Position numbers and translations under genes: made by a program | Source of the DNA: an uncultured Gemmatimonadaceae bacterium | GTDB taxonomy: Bacteria; Gemmatimonadota; Gemmatimonadetes; Gemmatimonadales; Gemmatimonadaceae | Assembly: GCA_963761305.1 (NCBI GenBank) | Contig: CAVXGK010000001.1 | Location: forward strand, 128,001-192,000 | Reading direction: 5' to 3' | DNA length: 64,000 nt | The notes under the pieces: generated by a model | What the model saw: the letters and a program-made list of their open reading frames with translations, nothing else | The model's database searches: none | Told to the model about the DNA's origin: nothing | Part shown: positions 1 through 10,200 of the stretch, piece by piece | How the letters are laid out: every line of letters starts with the position of its first letter | Position numbering within the stretch: the first letter of the stretch is position 1

Positions 1-971
1 GTCGCGCGCGGCGAATGGCAAGCAAAACCGGCATTTCGGAAGGCAGCCACCGCCGCGTCCCGGCGTCCCTTGAAGGCGGCAACGTTTGCCGGCACAAAGG
101 TTTCATAGCTTTCCAGCGCCGCCACCCCCGCCGCCTGCACCGCCATGAATTGGCCAGTGTCGGTGAAGGACTTGATCCGCGTCAGGGACGAGGCGATCTC
201 GGCGCGCGCGACCGCCCAGCCGCAGCGCCAGCCCGTCATGTTGTACGTCTTGGACAGCGAGTGGAACTCGATGGCCACGTCGCGCGCCCCCTCGATCTCG
301 AAGATGCTCGGCGGCACGTAGCCGTCGAACGCGAGCTCGGAGTACGCGTTGTCGTAGACGAGCAGAATGCCGAATTCGCGGCACCGCTCGACGACGCGCG
401 TCAGGTAGTCCTTGGGCGCGATCGCCGCGGTCGGGTTGTTCGGATAATTCAAATAGAGAATGCTCGCTCGGCGCAGCGTGTCGTGCGGAATCTCGTCCAG
501 ATCGACGAGAAAGTTCGTGCGCGGCCGGAGCGCGTAGCGATATACCTCGCCGCCGGCCAAGAGCGCGCCGCCCTGGTAGGCGTTGTAGCCGGGTTCGGGC
601 ACGATCGCGACCCGTCCCGGCTCGACGTACGCCAACGCGAGGTGAGCGATGCCTTCCTTCGAACCGATGAGCGGCACGATCTCGTTGAACGCGTCGAACT
701 CGGCGTCGAACCGCTTTCGCATCCAGGCGGCGATCGTCTCGCGAAACGACACCAGACCGAGGCCGAAGCCGTAGCGGTGCATCGCCGGCTGGTGGGCCGC
801 CTTGGTGATCGCCTCGATGGCCTTGGGCGGCGGCGCGAGGTCCGCGTCGCCGGCACCCAGATCGATCACGTCGACGCCCCGCGCGGCGAGCTCCCGCTTC
901 TTCTGCGGGATCGTCGCCAGCGGATACTCGGGCAGCGTGTCGAAACGGGCAGCCAATCGCGGCAAGAGCAC
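1..971 (-). CDS. PLP-dependent class I/II aminotransferase, LL-diaminopimelate aminotransferase-like (runs off the window's left edge)
   Basis: My own translation of the minus strand gives VIDLGAGD, LIGSKEGIAH, LYLNYPNNPT, YDNAYSE and EFHSLSKTYNMTGWRCG (PLP Lys). GTG at 971 or TTG at 965 abuts the stop of the FAH gene. Confidence 0.85.
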   Translation of the reverse strand, partial: MLLPRLAARFDTLPEYPLATIPQKKRELAARGVDVIDLGAGDADLAPPPKAIEAITKAAHQPAMHRYGFGLGLVSFRETIAAWMRKRFDAEFDAFNEIVPLIGSKEGIAHLALAYVEPGRVAIVPEPGYNAYQGGALLAGGEVYRYALRPRTNFLVDLDEIPHDTLRRASILYLNYPNNPTAAIAPKDYLTRVVERCREFGILLVYDNAYSELAFDGYVPPSIFEIEGARDVAIEFHSLSKTYNMTGWRCGWAVARAEIASSLTRIKSFTDTGQFMAVQAAGVAALESYETFVPANVAAFKGRRDAAVAAFRNAGFACHSPRA

Positions 972-1606
972 TAAGCGTCCACCTTTACAGGGTTCGTCAC
1001 ACGAGAGAGCCCGACGATCTCTACTTCTACCTCGTCCCCCGGCGAGAGTTTCCCCACTCCGGCGGGTGTGCCCGTCAGGACCAAGTCGCCGGGCTCGAGC
1101 GTCATCACCTGAGAGACGTAGGCGAGCACGTCGGGAATCGGGAATACCATGTCCGATGCGTTCGCTCGTTGACGCTCCACGCCGTTCACCCGCGTAACGA
1201 CCGTCAGGCTGGACAAATCGGCAGGCGGGGGAACGAGTTCGCCGGTCGGGCAGAACGTATCGAAACCCTTGGCACGGGTCCATTGCGAGTCCGAGCGTTG
1301 CAGATCGCGAGCCGTAACGTCATTGACGGCAACGATACCGGCAATCGCGCCACGCGCCTCTGTGCTGGTTACACGCCGCAGCGTGCGGCCGATGGTGACG
1401 CCGATCTCTCCCTCGAACTCCACCTGCGCCGATTGCGGCGGCAGCACGATCGCGTCACCGCTCCCGATGACACTGCTCGGCGGCTTGAGAAAAATTAGCG
1501 GCTCTTTGGGAACGTCGTTCCCGAGCTCCTTCGCGTGATCGACGTAGTTGCGCCCGACGCAGACGATCTTGCCGGGACGGTCGGCGCGTGAGGTTGGTGC
1601 GGTCAT
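971..1606 (-). CDS. Fumarylacetoacetate hydrolase family protein
   Basis: KIVCVGRNYVDHAKE, IFLKPPSS, FEGEIGV, NDVTARDLQ, WTRAKGFDTFCP, LTGTPAGVG. Confidence 0.95.
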   Translation of the reverse strand: MTAPTSRADRPGKIVCVGRNYVDHAKELGNDVPKEPLIFLKPPSSVIGSGDAIVLPPQSAQVEFEGEIGVTIGRTLRRVTSTEARGAIAGIVAVNDVTARDLQRSDSQWTRAKGFDTFCPTGELVPPPADLSSLTVVTRVNGVERQRANASDMVFPIPDVLAYVSQVMTLEPGDLVLTGTPAGVGKLSPGDEVEVEIVGLSRVTNPVKVDA

Positions 1607-1607
1607 G

Positions 1608-4193
1608 TCAGGTTGAACGGAATGGGGCGTTGGCGGCGCGAGCGCCGCGTGAAGTGACGGCGCGACTCGTCGCGCGCGTGGGAGGCGGACTTGAATAGAA
1701 CCGCCGAATGGCCGGCAGCAACTCCGCCCACGAGCCGACCAGGCGCTCCGCGGGCGGCAAACCCTCGATCAACGCGCGACCGTACCCCTTGGTGACGACG
1801 CGCGGATCAGCGATGACGACGACGCCGCGATCCGTGCCGCTCCGAATCAGACGGCCGAATCCCTGTTTGAGACGCAGCGCGGCGTGCGGCAGCATGTACT
1901 CGACGAACGGATCGCCGCCGCGCTCAGAAATCGCCTCGCAATTCGCCGCGGTGATCGGCTCGGTGGGCACGCGGAAAGGCAGCTTGGCGATGAGCAGCGC
2001 GCGCAGCGCGTCGCCCGGAACGTCCACGCCTTCCCAGAACGACGACGTGCCGAGGAGAATCGCGCCACCGGAATCGCGAAATCGTCCGAGCAGCGAGTCG
2101 CGCGTGTCGTCGCCGTGAACCAGCACAGGCCAGCGTTTCTCTGCACCCCGAACGCGCAACTCGGACGCCATGGCGCGCACGTCACGATGGCTCGTGAACA
2201 GCACGAACATGCCGCCGTCGCTCGCGTCGGCGAGATCGTGCGTGATGCGGGCCACCGACGAGAAGTGGCCGGGCGCGTTCACGTTCGGCGGCGGCACGTC
2301 GCGCGCGATGGCGAGGATGGCCTGATCGCGATACTTGAACGGCGACGGATAGATGCCCGTGCGAGGCTCGAGCTCCGGATCGTCGAGACCGAGTCGCGAC
2401 GTGAGGAAGTCGAAGCGCCCGTCGGTGGCGAGCGTCGCGCTGGTGACGACGGTCGTCGTCGCGCGACGGAAGAGATCTTCGCGCAGGATCGGCGCGAGGT
2501 TGAGCGGCACGGTCGACACGCTCGCGGCGCGATCGCGTCCGCGCGATTCGATCCAGCGAATCGACGGATCGTCGTCCACCGGCGGATCCAGCGCGCGACG
2601 CAGCCCGTCGCCACCGGACTGCAGCCGGCGCGTGACGGCGCGAATCTCGTTGATGAGCGTCATCACGGTTTCGTCCGGCCGCTGCGCGCTCTCGAGGCGC
2701 TCGCGCACCAGGTCGAGCCCGTCGGCTAGCACGTTGATCTGGCCGACCGTGTCCTCGAGCGCGACGCGCAGGCCCGAGCGCCACACCGGATGCTCGCCGA
2801 AGTCAGTGGTCAAGCGCAGCACAGACTCGCCGCTCGAGGCAAGAAACGTCTCGAGGAGATCGAACAGCGTTCCGCTCTTGTCGCGCACCGACTCGAGCGC
2901 GGGCCTGAGGCGCGTCAGCACCAGATCGAAGCTCGCCGTGCTCAGCAGGTCGTTGGATTTGGCGAGGCGCGCCATGAGCGCGGCGAGCAATCCCTTGCCG
3001 CGGCGGTCGAGCCGGCCGAAGAGTCGCTGCAACGAGCGCCGCGACACCGTGGCGCCGAGGTGATTCGCGGCCGCCTCCTCGAGGTGATGCCCTTCGTCGA
3101 TCACCAGGCGGTTGTAGGCCGGCAGTACCGCCGACTCGCCCCAGTTGCCCGACACGCGCCGAACCGCGAGATCCGACAACAGCAGGTGATGATTCACCAC
3201 GATCACGTCGGCCTGCGCGGCTTCGCGGCGCGCCTTGAACAGAAAGCACTTCTCGTACGCCGGGCATCGCGCGCGCTGGCAGAGATCCGGCTCGGCCGCT
3301 ACCTCGTCCCACACCTCGGAGCGCGGCGAGATGGTGAGATCGCTCAACGATCCGTCGCGGGTGCGCTCGGACCATTCGCGGATTGTCTCGAGCTCCTGAC
3401 CGAGTCCTTCGTCGAACAGCGAATTGCCGGACGCGCGGGCTTGGTCGAGGCGAACCAGGCAGAGGTAGTTGCGCCAGCCTTTGAGCAGCGCGAACCGCAC
3501 CTTCTGGTCGCTCAGCGCGCGCTCGAGAAACGGCAGATCCTTGCCGACCAACTGCTCCTGCAAGTTGATCGTGTTCGTCGAAACGACCGTGCGCTCGCCG
3601 TTGGCCGCCGCCCATCGCAACGCCGGCACGAGGTAGCCGAGCGATTTGCCGACGCCGGTGCCGGCTTCGAGCAGTCCGACGCCGCCGTCGTTGTACAGCT
3701 TGGCGATTTCCGCCGCCATCGCGCGCTGGCTCGGCCGGTCTTCGTAACGCGGCAGCTCGCCGGCGATGGGGCCGCCCGGCCCCAAGTCGTCGTCCACCGA
3801 CGCCGAGGTCAGCGGGTGCAGCTCGGCGGCCCGCGGCACTTCGACGACGACGTACAGCTCCGACGCGTCGTTGTCGGTGATCGCGAAGCCGATGCCGTCG
3901 TCGTGCATCCGCGCGGCGACGTCGAGGTCGGGACGCGATGGGTCGAGATTTCCCGACGGATGGTTGTGGATCAACATCTGTCCGCGCTGCGCGAAGCCCG
4001 GCAGTGCTAGCACGCAGCTGGAATCGCCGCGTGCGACAGTCTTCACCGTGTTGACAATGCCGACGTCGTCCAGCGTTCCGACGAAGCACACTTCGCGTCC
4101 GCCGGCCAGCCGAATCGCCGCGCGAATGGCAACGGCCGCGGTCGGGCTGAGTCGAGTCGCCGGATCCGCGGCCGTGTGGGCGGGGGGGGGCAT
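1608..4193 (-). CDS. DinG/YoaA-family Fe-S helicase with N-terminal JAB (RadC-like) domain
   Basis: N-terminal REVCF...IHNHPSGNLDPSRPD; Q-motif YEDRPSQ; Walker A EAGTGVGKS; Cys cluster NYLC...LCQRARCPAYEKC; IDEGHH; FWEGVD; LKQGFGRLIRS. Confidence 0.92.
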   Translation of the reverse strand: MPPPAHTAADPATRLSPTAAVAIRAAIRLAGGREVCFVGTLDDVGIVNTVKTVARGDSSCVLALPGFAQRGQMLIHNHPSGNLDPSRPDLDVAARMHDDGIGFAITDNDASELYVVVEVPRAAELHPLTSASVDDDLGPGGPIAGELPRYEDRPSQRAMAAEIAKLYNDGGVGLLEAGTGVGKSLGYLVPALRWAAANGERTVVSTNTINLQEQLVGKDLPFLERALSDQKVRFALLKGWRNYLCLVRLDQARASGNSLFDEGLGQELETIREWSERTRDGSLSDLTISPRSEVWDEVAAEPDLCQRARCPAYEKCFLFKARREAAQADVIVVNHHLLLSDLAVRRVSGNWGESAVLPAYNRLVIDEGHHLEEAAANHLGATVSRRSLQRLFGRLDRRGKGLLAALMARLAKSNDLLSTASFDLVLTRLRPALESVRDKSGTLFDLLETFLASSGESVLRLTTDFGEHPVWRSGLRVALEDTVGQINVLADGLDLVRERLESAQRPDETVMTLINEIRAVTRRLQSGGDGLRRALDPPVDDDPSIRWIESRGRDRAASVSTVPLNLAPILREDLFRRATTTVVTSATLATDGRFDFLTSRLGLDDPELEPRTGIYPSPFKYRDQAILAIARDVPPPNVNAPGHFSSVARITHDLADASDGGMFVLFTSHRDVRAMASELRVRGAEKRWPVLVHGDDTRDSLLGRFRDSGGAILLGTSSFWEGVDVPGDALRALLIAKLPFRVPTEPITAANCEAISERGGDPFVEYMLPHAALRLKQGFGRLIRSGTDRGVVVIADPRVVTKGYGRALIEGLPPAERLVGSWAELLPAIRRFYSSPPPTRATSRAVTSRGARAANAPFRST

Positions 4194-4208
4194 GGCCCGA
4201 AATGTAGC

Positions 4209-5477
4209 CTACGTCTTGAGCGGCTTCTTCTTGGCGGCCGGAAACAAAACGTTGTTCAGAATGAGCCGGTAGCCCGGGGAATTCTTGTGCAACGACAAGT
4301 CGGTCGGGGAATCGCCAATCGCGTGGCTGGGCGCTTCCGGATCGTGGCCGCCGTAGTAGGTCCAGGTCCCCTTGCCGTAGTCGCCGTGGATGTACTTCAC
4401 CCAGGGTGCGCCTTCTTCGTCGGCCAGGATCGTGACGCCGGGCTTGAGGACGGATTTGTTGAAACTCGTGGTTACGCCAAAGAAGTCGTTGATCACGCCC
4501 CGGTGGTCCTGCACGAGCATCGAGTTCACCGGGTCGATCTTCGCCGAGAAGTTGAACAGGGTGAAGGTGCCGATGGGCTGGCGCCGGCCGGGCACGTTGA
4601 CCTGGTGCCCGTCAATGTCGCTCATCGAGTTCACGAACGGCGACATCTCGAGGTGCGCGTCCTTGAACGCGAACGTGCGTTTCCAGTCCATCTTCTTGTC
4701 GGCGTCCGGGTCCATCGGCGTGCCGTCGATGAACGCCTGCGCGATGTCGACGTGCTGTGAGGCAAGGGCCAGCTCGAGCGTCTCTGTCGCGCCGCACATC
4801 GCGAACAGGAATCCGCCGCGATCCACGAACTCGCGGATATGCTCGGCGACGTCCTTCTTGAGCGCCGGAATGTTCGCGAACCCGAGGCGTTTGGCGGCCG
4901 CGGTGTTCTTCTGCATCAGATCGATGAACCACGGAAAGTCGCGGTACGTGAGGTAGAACTTGTTGAGCTGGCCCGTGAAATCCTCGTGGTGCAGGTGCAG
5001 CCAGTCGTACTTCGTCAGGTCGCCGCGCTCGACTTCGTCGTCGTAGATCGGCGTGTAGTCGATGCCGGCGTACTTGAGGGCGAGCGTGACCGCGTCGTCC
5101 CACGGCGTCGCGTCGGGCGGCGTGTAGACGGCGATCTTGGGCGCTTTCTCGAGCGGCACCGATTCCATGTTTGCCGACGCGATCTGCGAGCGGATCTGCC
5201 CGAGCTTGGCGTCGTCGATCGATTCGATGGTGATGCCGGCGAGTCCCGCCTGCCGCCTGAGCTCGGGCGTGTCGCCAAGAAGAAACGACCCACCGCGATA
5301 GTTGAGCAGCCACTCCGCGCTCACGCCGGCTTTGATGGCGTTGTACGTGAGGCCGTATGCCTTGAGATGGTCCTGTTGTGCGTCGTCCATCGGCACGAGC
5401 AGTCGCTGCGCGGCCGCCGCCGACAGCGCGGCGAACGTGAGCGCCGTGACGAACGCGAGGTGTTTCAAAACTCTCAT
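4209..5477 (-). CDS. Conserved secreted protein, class I glutamine-amidotransferase-like fold suspected
   Basis: ATG at 5477 overlaps the upstream stop (ATGA). Signal peptide MRVLKHLAFVTALTFAALSAAAAQ; motifs LLVPMD..Q.DHLKAYG, PWDDAVTLAL, WLHLHHEDFTGQ, GGFLFAMCGATE. Confidence 0.75.
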   Translation of the reverse strand: MRVLKHLAFVTALTFAALSAAAAQRLLVPMDDAQQDHLKAYGLTYNAIKAGVSAEWLLNYRGGSFLLGDTPELRRQAGLAGITIESIDDAKLGQIRSQIASANMESVPLEKAPKIAVYTPPDATPWDDAVTLALKYAGIDYTPIYDDEVERGDLTKYDWLHLHHEDFTGQLNKFYLTYRDFPWFIDLMQKNTAAAKRLGFANIPALKKDVAEHIREFVDRGGFLFAMCGATETLELALASQHVDIAQAFIDGTPMDPDADKKMDWKRTFAFKDAHLEMSPFVNSMSDIDGHQVNVPGRRQPIGTFTLFNFSAKIDPVNSMLVQDHRGVINDFFGVTTSFNKSVLKPGVTILADEEGAPWVKYIHGDYGKGTWTYYGGHDPEAPSHAIGDSPTDLSLHKNSPGYRLILNNVLFPAAKKKPLKT

Positions 5478-7201
5478 CGGTCTATTGAAGCAGGAGGGGG
5501 AGCGGGGCTCTTGATCAATTCCAGTTCGCGCCGCGCCTGGGGCACCAGCGAGCTGCCAGGATACGTCAGAATCAGGTGCTCGAGGTGGCTGGTGGCCGCG
5601 GTCGTGTCGCCCTTGCGGCGCAAGAGCCGCGCCCACTCGAGCTCGACTTGTGGCGCTTCGGGCGAGTCCTTGTCTTGTTCGAGCACGCGCGTCCAGAGCG
5701 CGACGGCCTGGTCCTCGTTTCCCATCGCGAGGTCGAGCTGCGCCGCGGTGGTGAGCAACAACGACCGCACGACGGGCGTGGAGTCGGCCGCGGCGGCGAA
5801 TTGCTCGGCGGCGCCGGCGCTGTCGCCTTTGGCCAACGCCAGGAACGCGTGCCCCACCGCCGGGGCGCTGTCCACGTGCAGGCGCGCGACCAAGCCGAGC
5901 GCCAGCGCGAGCTCCGGCGAGCTTTCCGTGCCGCCGCGCAACAGTCCGCGCGCGGCTTTCAAATTTCCATCGTAGAGCGCGAGCCATCCGGCGGCGTCGC
6001 TCGAATCGCCCTCTACGCCGGTGGCGGCGAGCGCGGCGCGTGCCTTGACCATGTCGCCGGTGCGCACCCAACCCCACGCGATCGTGCGCGTGAGGGAGTT
6101 CTTGGCGCCCGGCGTGAGAAATTTGTCATACGCGTCGACGAGCTGCTGCGCTTCGACCGGCCGCCCAACGGCCGCCAACGCCTTGACGCGCACCGGCAGG
6201 TACTCGCGCGCGGCCAGCGCCGAATCGTCGCCCGCATCGGTGAGCGGTGCGAGACGCAGAGCGGCGGCGGGATCGCCGGCGTTGAGCGCCGCGGCGGCCG
6301 CGCGGACCGAGAGCGACGTCGTTCGCTTCCAGCGAAGCGCGGACTCGAGCGCTTCGCGGGCGAGCGTCCATCGGTCCTCGGCTTCCGCGCGGTCGGCGAA
6401 GTCGGACCAGGCCGCGGCCGACGTGCTGTCGGGCGGCAGACCCTTGAGCGCGTTCCATCCGTCGGCGAGCGATCCCCACGTTCCCTCGAGGTCGGCGAGC
6501 GCACGCCTGGCGGCGACGTCGATCGGCAGCGCGAGGAAGATGTCGCGAATCTGGTCGCGCGCCGACGACGGGGCCGGCGCGAGCGCGTACGACGCCGCTT
6601 GCGAGAGATAGTCGGCCGTCGAGAGCGCGTCGCGCCACGCGTGCGCCGACTCGATCCACTGCCCTTGCGCGGCCCGCGCCTGCGCGATCTCCAGCGACAG
6701 ATCCTTCGACGAGCCGAGCGCCGCCGTCGCGCGAGCGATCACGCTGTCGGCAGCGAGCGCCCGATTGTGCTGCAACAGCAGTTTGGCGTACTCGCGATAT
6801 GGCGCCGAGTTCGTCGGCTCGTCGCGAATCCATTTGTCGAACGCTTTGCGCAGATCGGCCTCGCGGCCGGTCGCGTCGAGCGTGCGCAGTTGGACGACGC
6901 GGTACATCTCTTCTTTGGGGTTTGATGCTATGAGTGAGTCGAGCGGCGCGACCAGCGAATCCGTCCACCCGAGCTCGGCGTACACGCGCTCGAGGCCGAG
7001 CAGCGCATTCACCCCGGCGGGCGTGCGCAGCACCGAACGGAAGAGCGGCGCCGCCTCTTTGTACTTGCCCGCCGCCTCGAGATCCATCGCGCGATAGAAC
7101 GCCATGGTGTCCGCGGCCTGCGCGACGAGCGGGGTGTGCCAGGCGAACAGAGGGTGCAGCGCCAGCGCGATCAACGCGGCCCTACGGCGGATTCCCCGCA
7201 T
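5474..7201 (-). CDS. Secreted tetratricopeptide-repeat (TPR) protein
   Basis: Signal peptide from ATG 7201; Ala/Leu-rich helical repeats; C-terminal TPR HLEHLILTYPGSSLVPQARREL. Confidence 0.8.
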   Translation of the reverse strand: MRGIRRRAALIALALHPLFAWHTPLVAQAADTMAFYRAMDLEAAGKYKEAAPLFRSVLRTPAGVNALLGLERVYAELGWTDSLVAPLDSLIASNPKEEMYRVVQLRTLDATGREADLRKAFDKWIRDEPTNSAPYREYAKLLLQHNRALAADSVIARATAALGSSKDLSLEIAQARAAQGQWIESAHAWRDALSTADYLSQAASYALAPAPSSARDQIRDIFLALPIDVAARRALADLEGTWGSLADGWNALKGLPPDSTSAAAWSDFADRAEAEDRWTLAREALESALRWKRTTSLSVRAAAAALNAGDPAAALRLAPLTDAGDDSALAAREYLPVRVKALAAVGRPVEAQQLVDAYDKFLTPGAKNSLTRTIAWGWVRTGDMVKARAALAATGVEGDSSDAAGWLALYDGNLKAARGLLRGGTESSPELALALGLVARLHVDSAPAVGHAFLALAKGDSAGAAEQFAAAADSTPVVRSLLLTTAAQLDLAMGNEDQAVALWTRVLEQDKDSPEAPQVELEWARLLRRKGDTTAATSHLEHLILTYPGSSLVPQARRELELIKSPAPPPASIDR

Positions 7202-10200
7202 TGATTCGCTTGAAGTATTCCAGAATGGCGCGACGCTCATCGGCGGTGAGGCCGCGCAGCTCGTCCCACGTGGGTTCGTGGAACTTCACCGCCGCCTTCC
7301 CGTTCGCGTTCGTGTTGTCCGGTTGGAATTCGTTTCCGCCCTTGGCCGACGTCGCCTGACGCTTGCCGGTGTCCTCGCGATCTTCTTTCTCGAGCGAGCG
7401 GCCGGCGTCGAGCAAACGGCGGAACAACTGCTGTTGCCGCGCGACCGTCGTCGCGTCGAGGCGACCGCCTTCGAGCGCGTCGGCGAGCTGTTTCGCTTCC
7501 TTGGCCAACTGCGCCGCGCGATCGCCGCCGACGGATTCACCCAACTCGTCGAGTTGTTGCGCGACTTGCCGCTGCTCTCGGGCCAGCGCGCGCGACGTCG
7601 CCTGATTGCCCGCGGACATCGGCTGGCCGACTCCGGGCAACAAGCCCTGCGCCTGCGCGTTGATCGAACCCTGCTTCTTCGCCATGTCCTGCAACTGCTG
7701 CATCATTTCAGCGAAGCCGGTGGCGGAGCTCGACGAATTCGCTTTCTCGCGGTCGCGCGCCAGTGACGCCGCGGCGCGATTGAGCGCGTCGGACGCGTCG
7801 CCCAATGCACTCGCCGCCTGCTGGCTGCCGCGCGCGTCGGCCGTGGACTGAAGCGCCTCCGAGACTTTCTGCTGCGCTTCGGAGACCGAGCGCTCGGAGC
7901 GGCCGGAGAGGAGCGACGTCTTCTGCCCTTCCTGCTGGAGGCGCTGCGCGGCGTTGTCGAGGCCCTGCTTCACGGCGCTCTGCGCGCCGCGCAGATCTTC
8001 CGGCTTCGACTGGCCACTGCGCGCTTGCTGCTCGAGCGTCTGTTCCTGCCGAGCCATCTGCAGCATGTCCTGAATCGACTGATCGAGCGCGTTGGTGAGC
8101 TCGGACTTCCACTCGCCGACTTGTGCGTCGCGCGCCTGTTTCATCGCGTCGGCAGCGCGCTCCATTTGAGAGGCGGCTTCCTGCGCGTTCTGCGACATGG
8201 CGCCGCTCTTTTGTCCGTTCTGCTGGCCGTTTTGCTGGCCATTCTGTTGGCCGTTTTGCTGACCATTCTGGCCACTCTGCGGCTGGCCGCTCGATCCCGT
8301 CTGCTGTTGCTGCTGGCCGCTCGATCCGGTCTGCTGTTGTTGCTGCCCGTTCGATCCTGTCTGCTGCTGCTGCGACGTGCGCGCCGAGTCCTTCTGGGCT
8401 TGCGTTTGCTGGGCCTGCGCCTGCTGCGCTTGCGAATTCTTGTCGCCTGATTGGCGCTGGTCGCCCGCCGCCTGCCGCATCGCGTCTTGTGACGCGTCGG
8501 CGTGCTGCTTGGCTTCCTTCGCGCCGTTGGCGCCGGCGTCGGCCTTGGCGTTGTCGAGTCGGTCCTGAAGCTTCTTCACCTCGTCGGAGAATCGCTGCGA
8601 GCGGTCGGCGAGGTCCCGGGCTTCATCCTTCTGCTTCTGCGCCTCGCTCGGCTTGGCGTTCGACGAATCGGCGAGCTGCTTGTCTTTTTGCGCGATGTCC
8701 TTGGCTTCGTCCTTGAGCGTCTCCATCGAGCCTTCGAGGGCGGCGCGCTTGAGCATCTCGGCGCTCTTCTCGAGCTGCTCGCGAAGCTTCTGCTGCATCG
8801 CCTGGAGATCCTTGAGCGACTGCTGCGCCTGCTCGCGCGACAACTGCTGCGTCGCGTTGTCGAGCTTTTGCATCTGCGCGAGCAGCTCGGGCGTGAGCGC
8901 GTCACGCAACATCGCCTGAGCTTCCTGCAGCTGACGTTGCAACGCGCTGTCCAGCGCGCCTGCCTGCTTCAACTGCTGCTCGAGCGACGCGGCTGTCTGC
9001 TGAAGATTCTTGACCTGGTCGGTGAGCTCGCGCTGATCCTTGGCGACGGCCTTGGCCTTCTCCGCCGCCTCGTACGTCATGTTGCCCTGCTTGCCGTTCG
9101 CGCCGCTCGGCGGCGGTGCGTCGGCCGGCGGGCGCGATCGATCCCGCGCCGCGTCGCTCGTGCGCTCTTGAATCGACTTCTCGGCCTGGGCCGCGGCGCG
9201 CACCTGGCTCACCGCGGAATCCATCGCATCGCGCGCGATGGCGCGACGTTCTTCGAGCGTGGGAATCTTGAGCAGCAGCTCGCGGCTCTCACCGCGCTGT
9301 GCCCACGGCGAATTGTCCGTGGCGACGAACTTCACGTGGAGCGCATCGCCCGGATGCAAATGCAGCGGCGCGAGGTCGAGCGTCGTGCTGCCGTTCCACA
9401 CCGTGCCCGCCGACTCGGCGGCGCGCTCCAACGTCGGCGCTTTCTGGCCGACCCACGAGCTGGCCCAACTCATGATCTCGACGAGGGCGAGTCCGTGGTC
9501 GTCCGTCGCCGTCGCGCGAAGCGTGATGCGATCGTCGCCGGCGACGAGCGTGTCGGTGGCCGGCGCCACGAGATCCACGCGAGGCGCCGAATCGGGCACG
9601 ACCTCGAGCTCGACCGGCGTCGGCACGTCGGCGATCGGGCCAGCGGCCCCCATCGCCATCCACGTGTATCGCCCCGTGTGACGCGCCGAGAAGCGGCCGG
9701 CGAACATGCGATCGTTGGCGTTGAGGTCCACCGTGTCGCCCGACGCGGCGAGACGCACCGAACGCAGCGCCGCCGACGCGCGCCCCGAGACATCGATGAT
9801 CGTTCCGACCGGCACCTTGGCCGGCTCGCCGACGGGCAGTCCTTCAGCCGGTCGCGCGAGGTACGACGGATACGTCGCGCGCATCGACACGGCGCCGACG
9901 AACGGACGGTCGGTGACGTGCACGACGCCAGTGTCGCTCGACACGCGGCCGTCGTTGGCGACGACGCTGAGGTCGCCGCGCAGCGGACCGACTTCGGTCG
10001 TCGCGACGCCTGTGCGCGGATCGACGGTGAGCGTCTGCGTGCGCCAGGCTTCGCCCGGCACGCGCTGCGCGAGCGACACCGTGGTGCGTCGCGCGGCGCT
10101 GACACGAATGCGAACCGTCTCACCGCGGAGCACATCGGGCGGAAGATTCTCGAAGGCGATCTTGGGCAGCAGCGTGCCGTTCCACGCGCTCACCGGATTC

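Noticed and set aside
1608..4193. Type IV CRISPR-associated DinG or a defence helicase
   Set aside because: No csf/cas genes or array nearby; the neighbours are metabolic and envelope genes.
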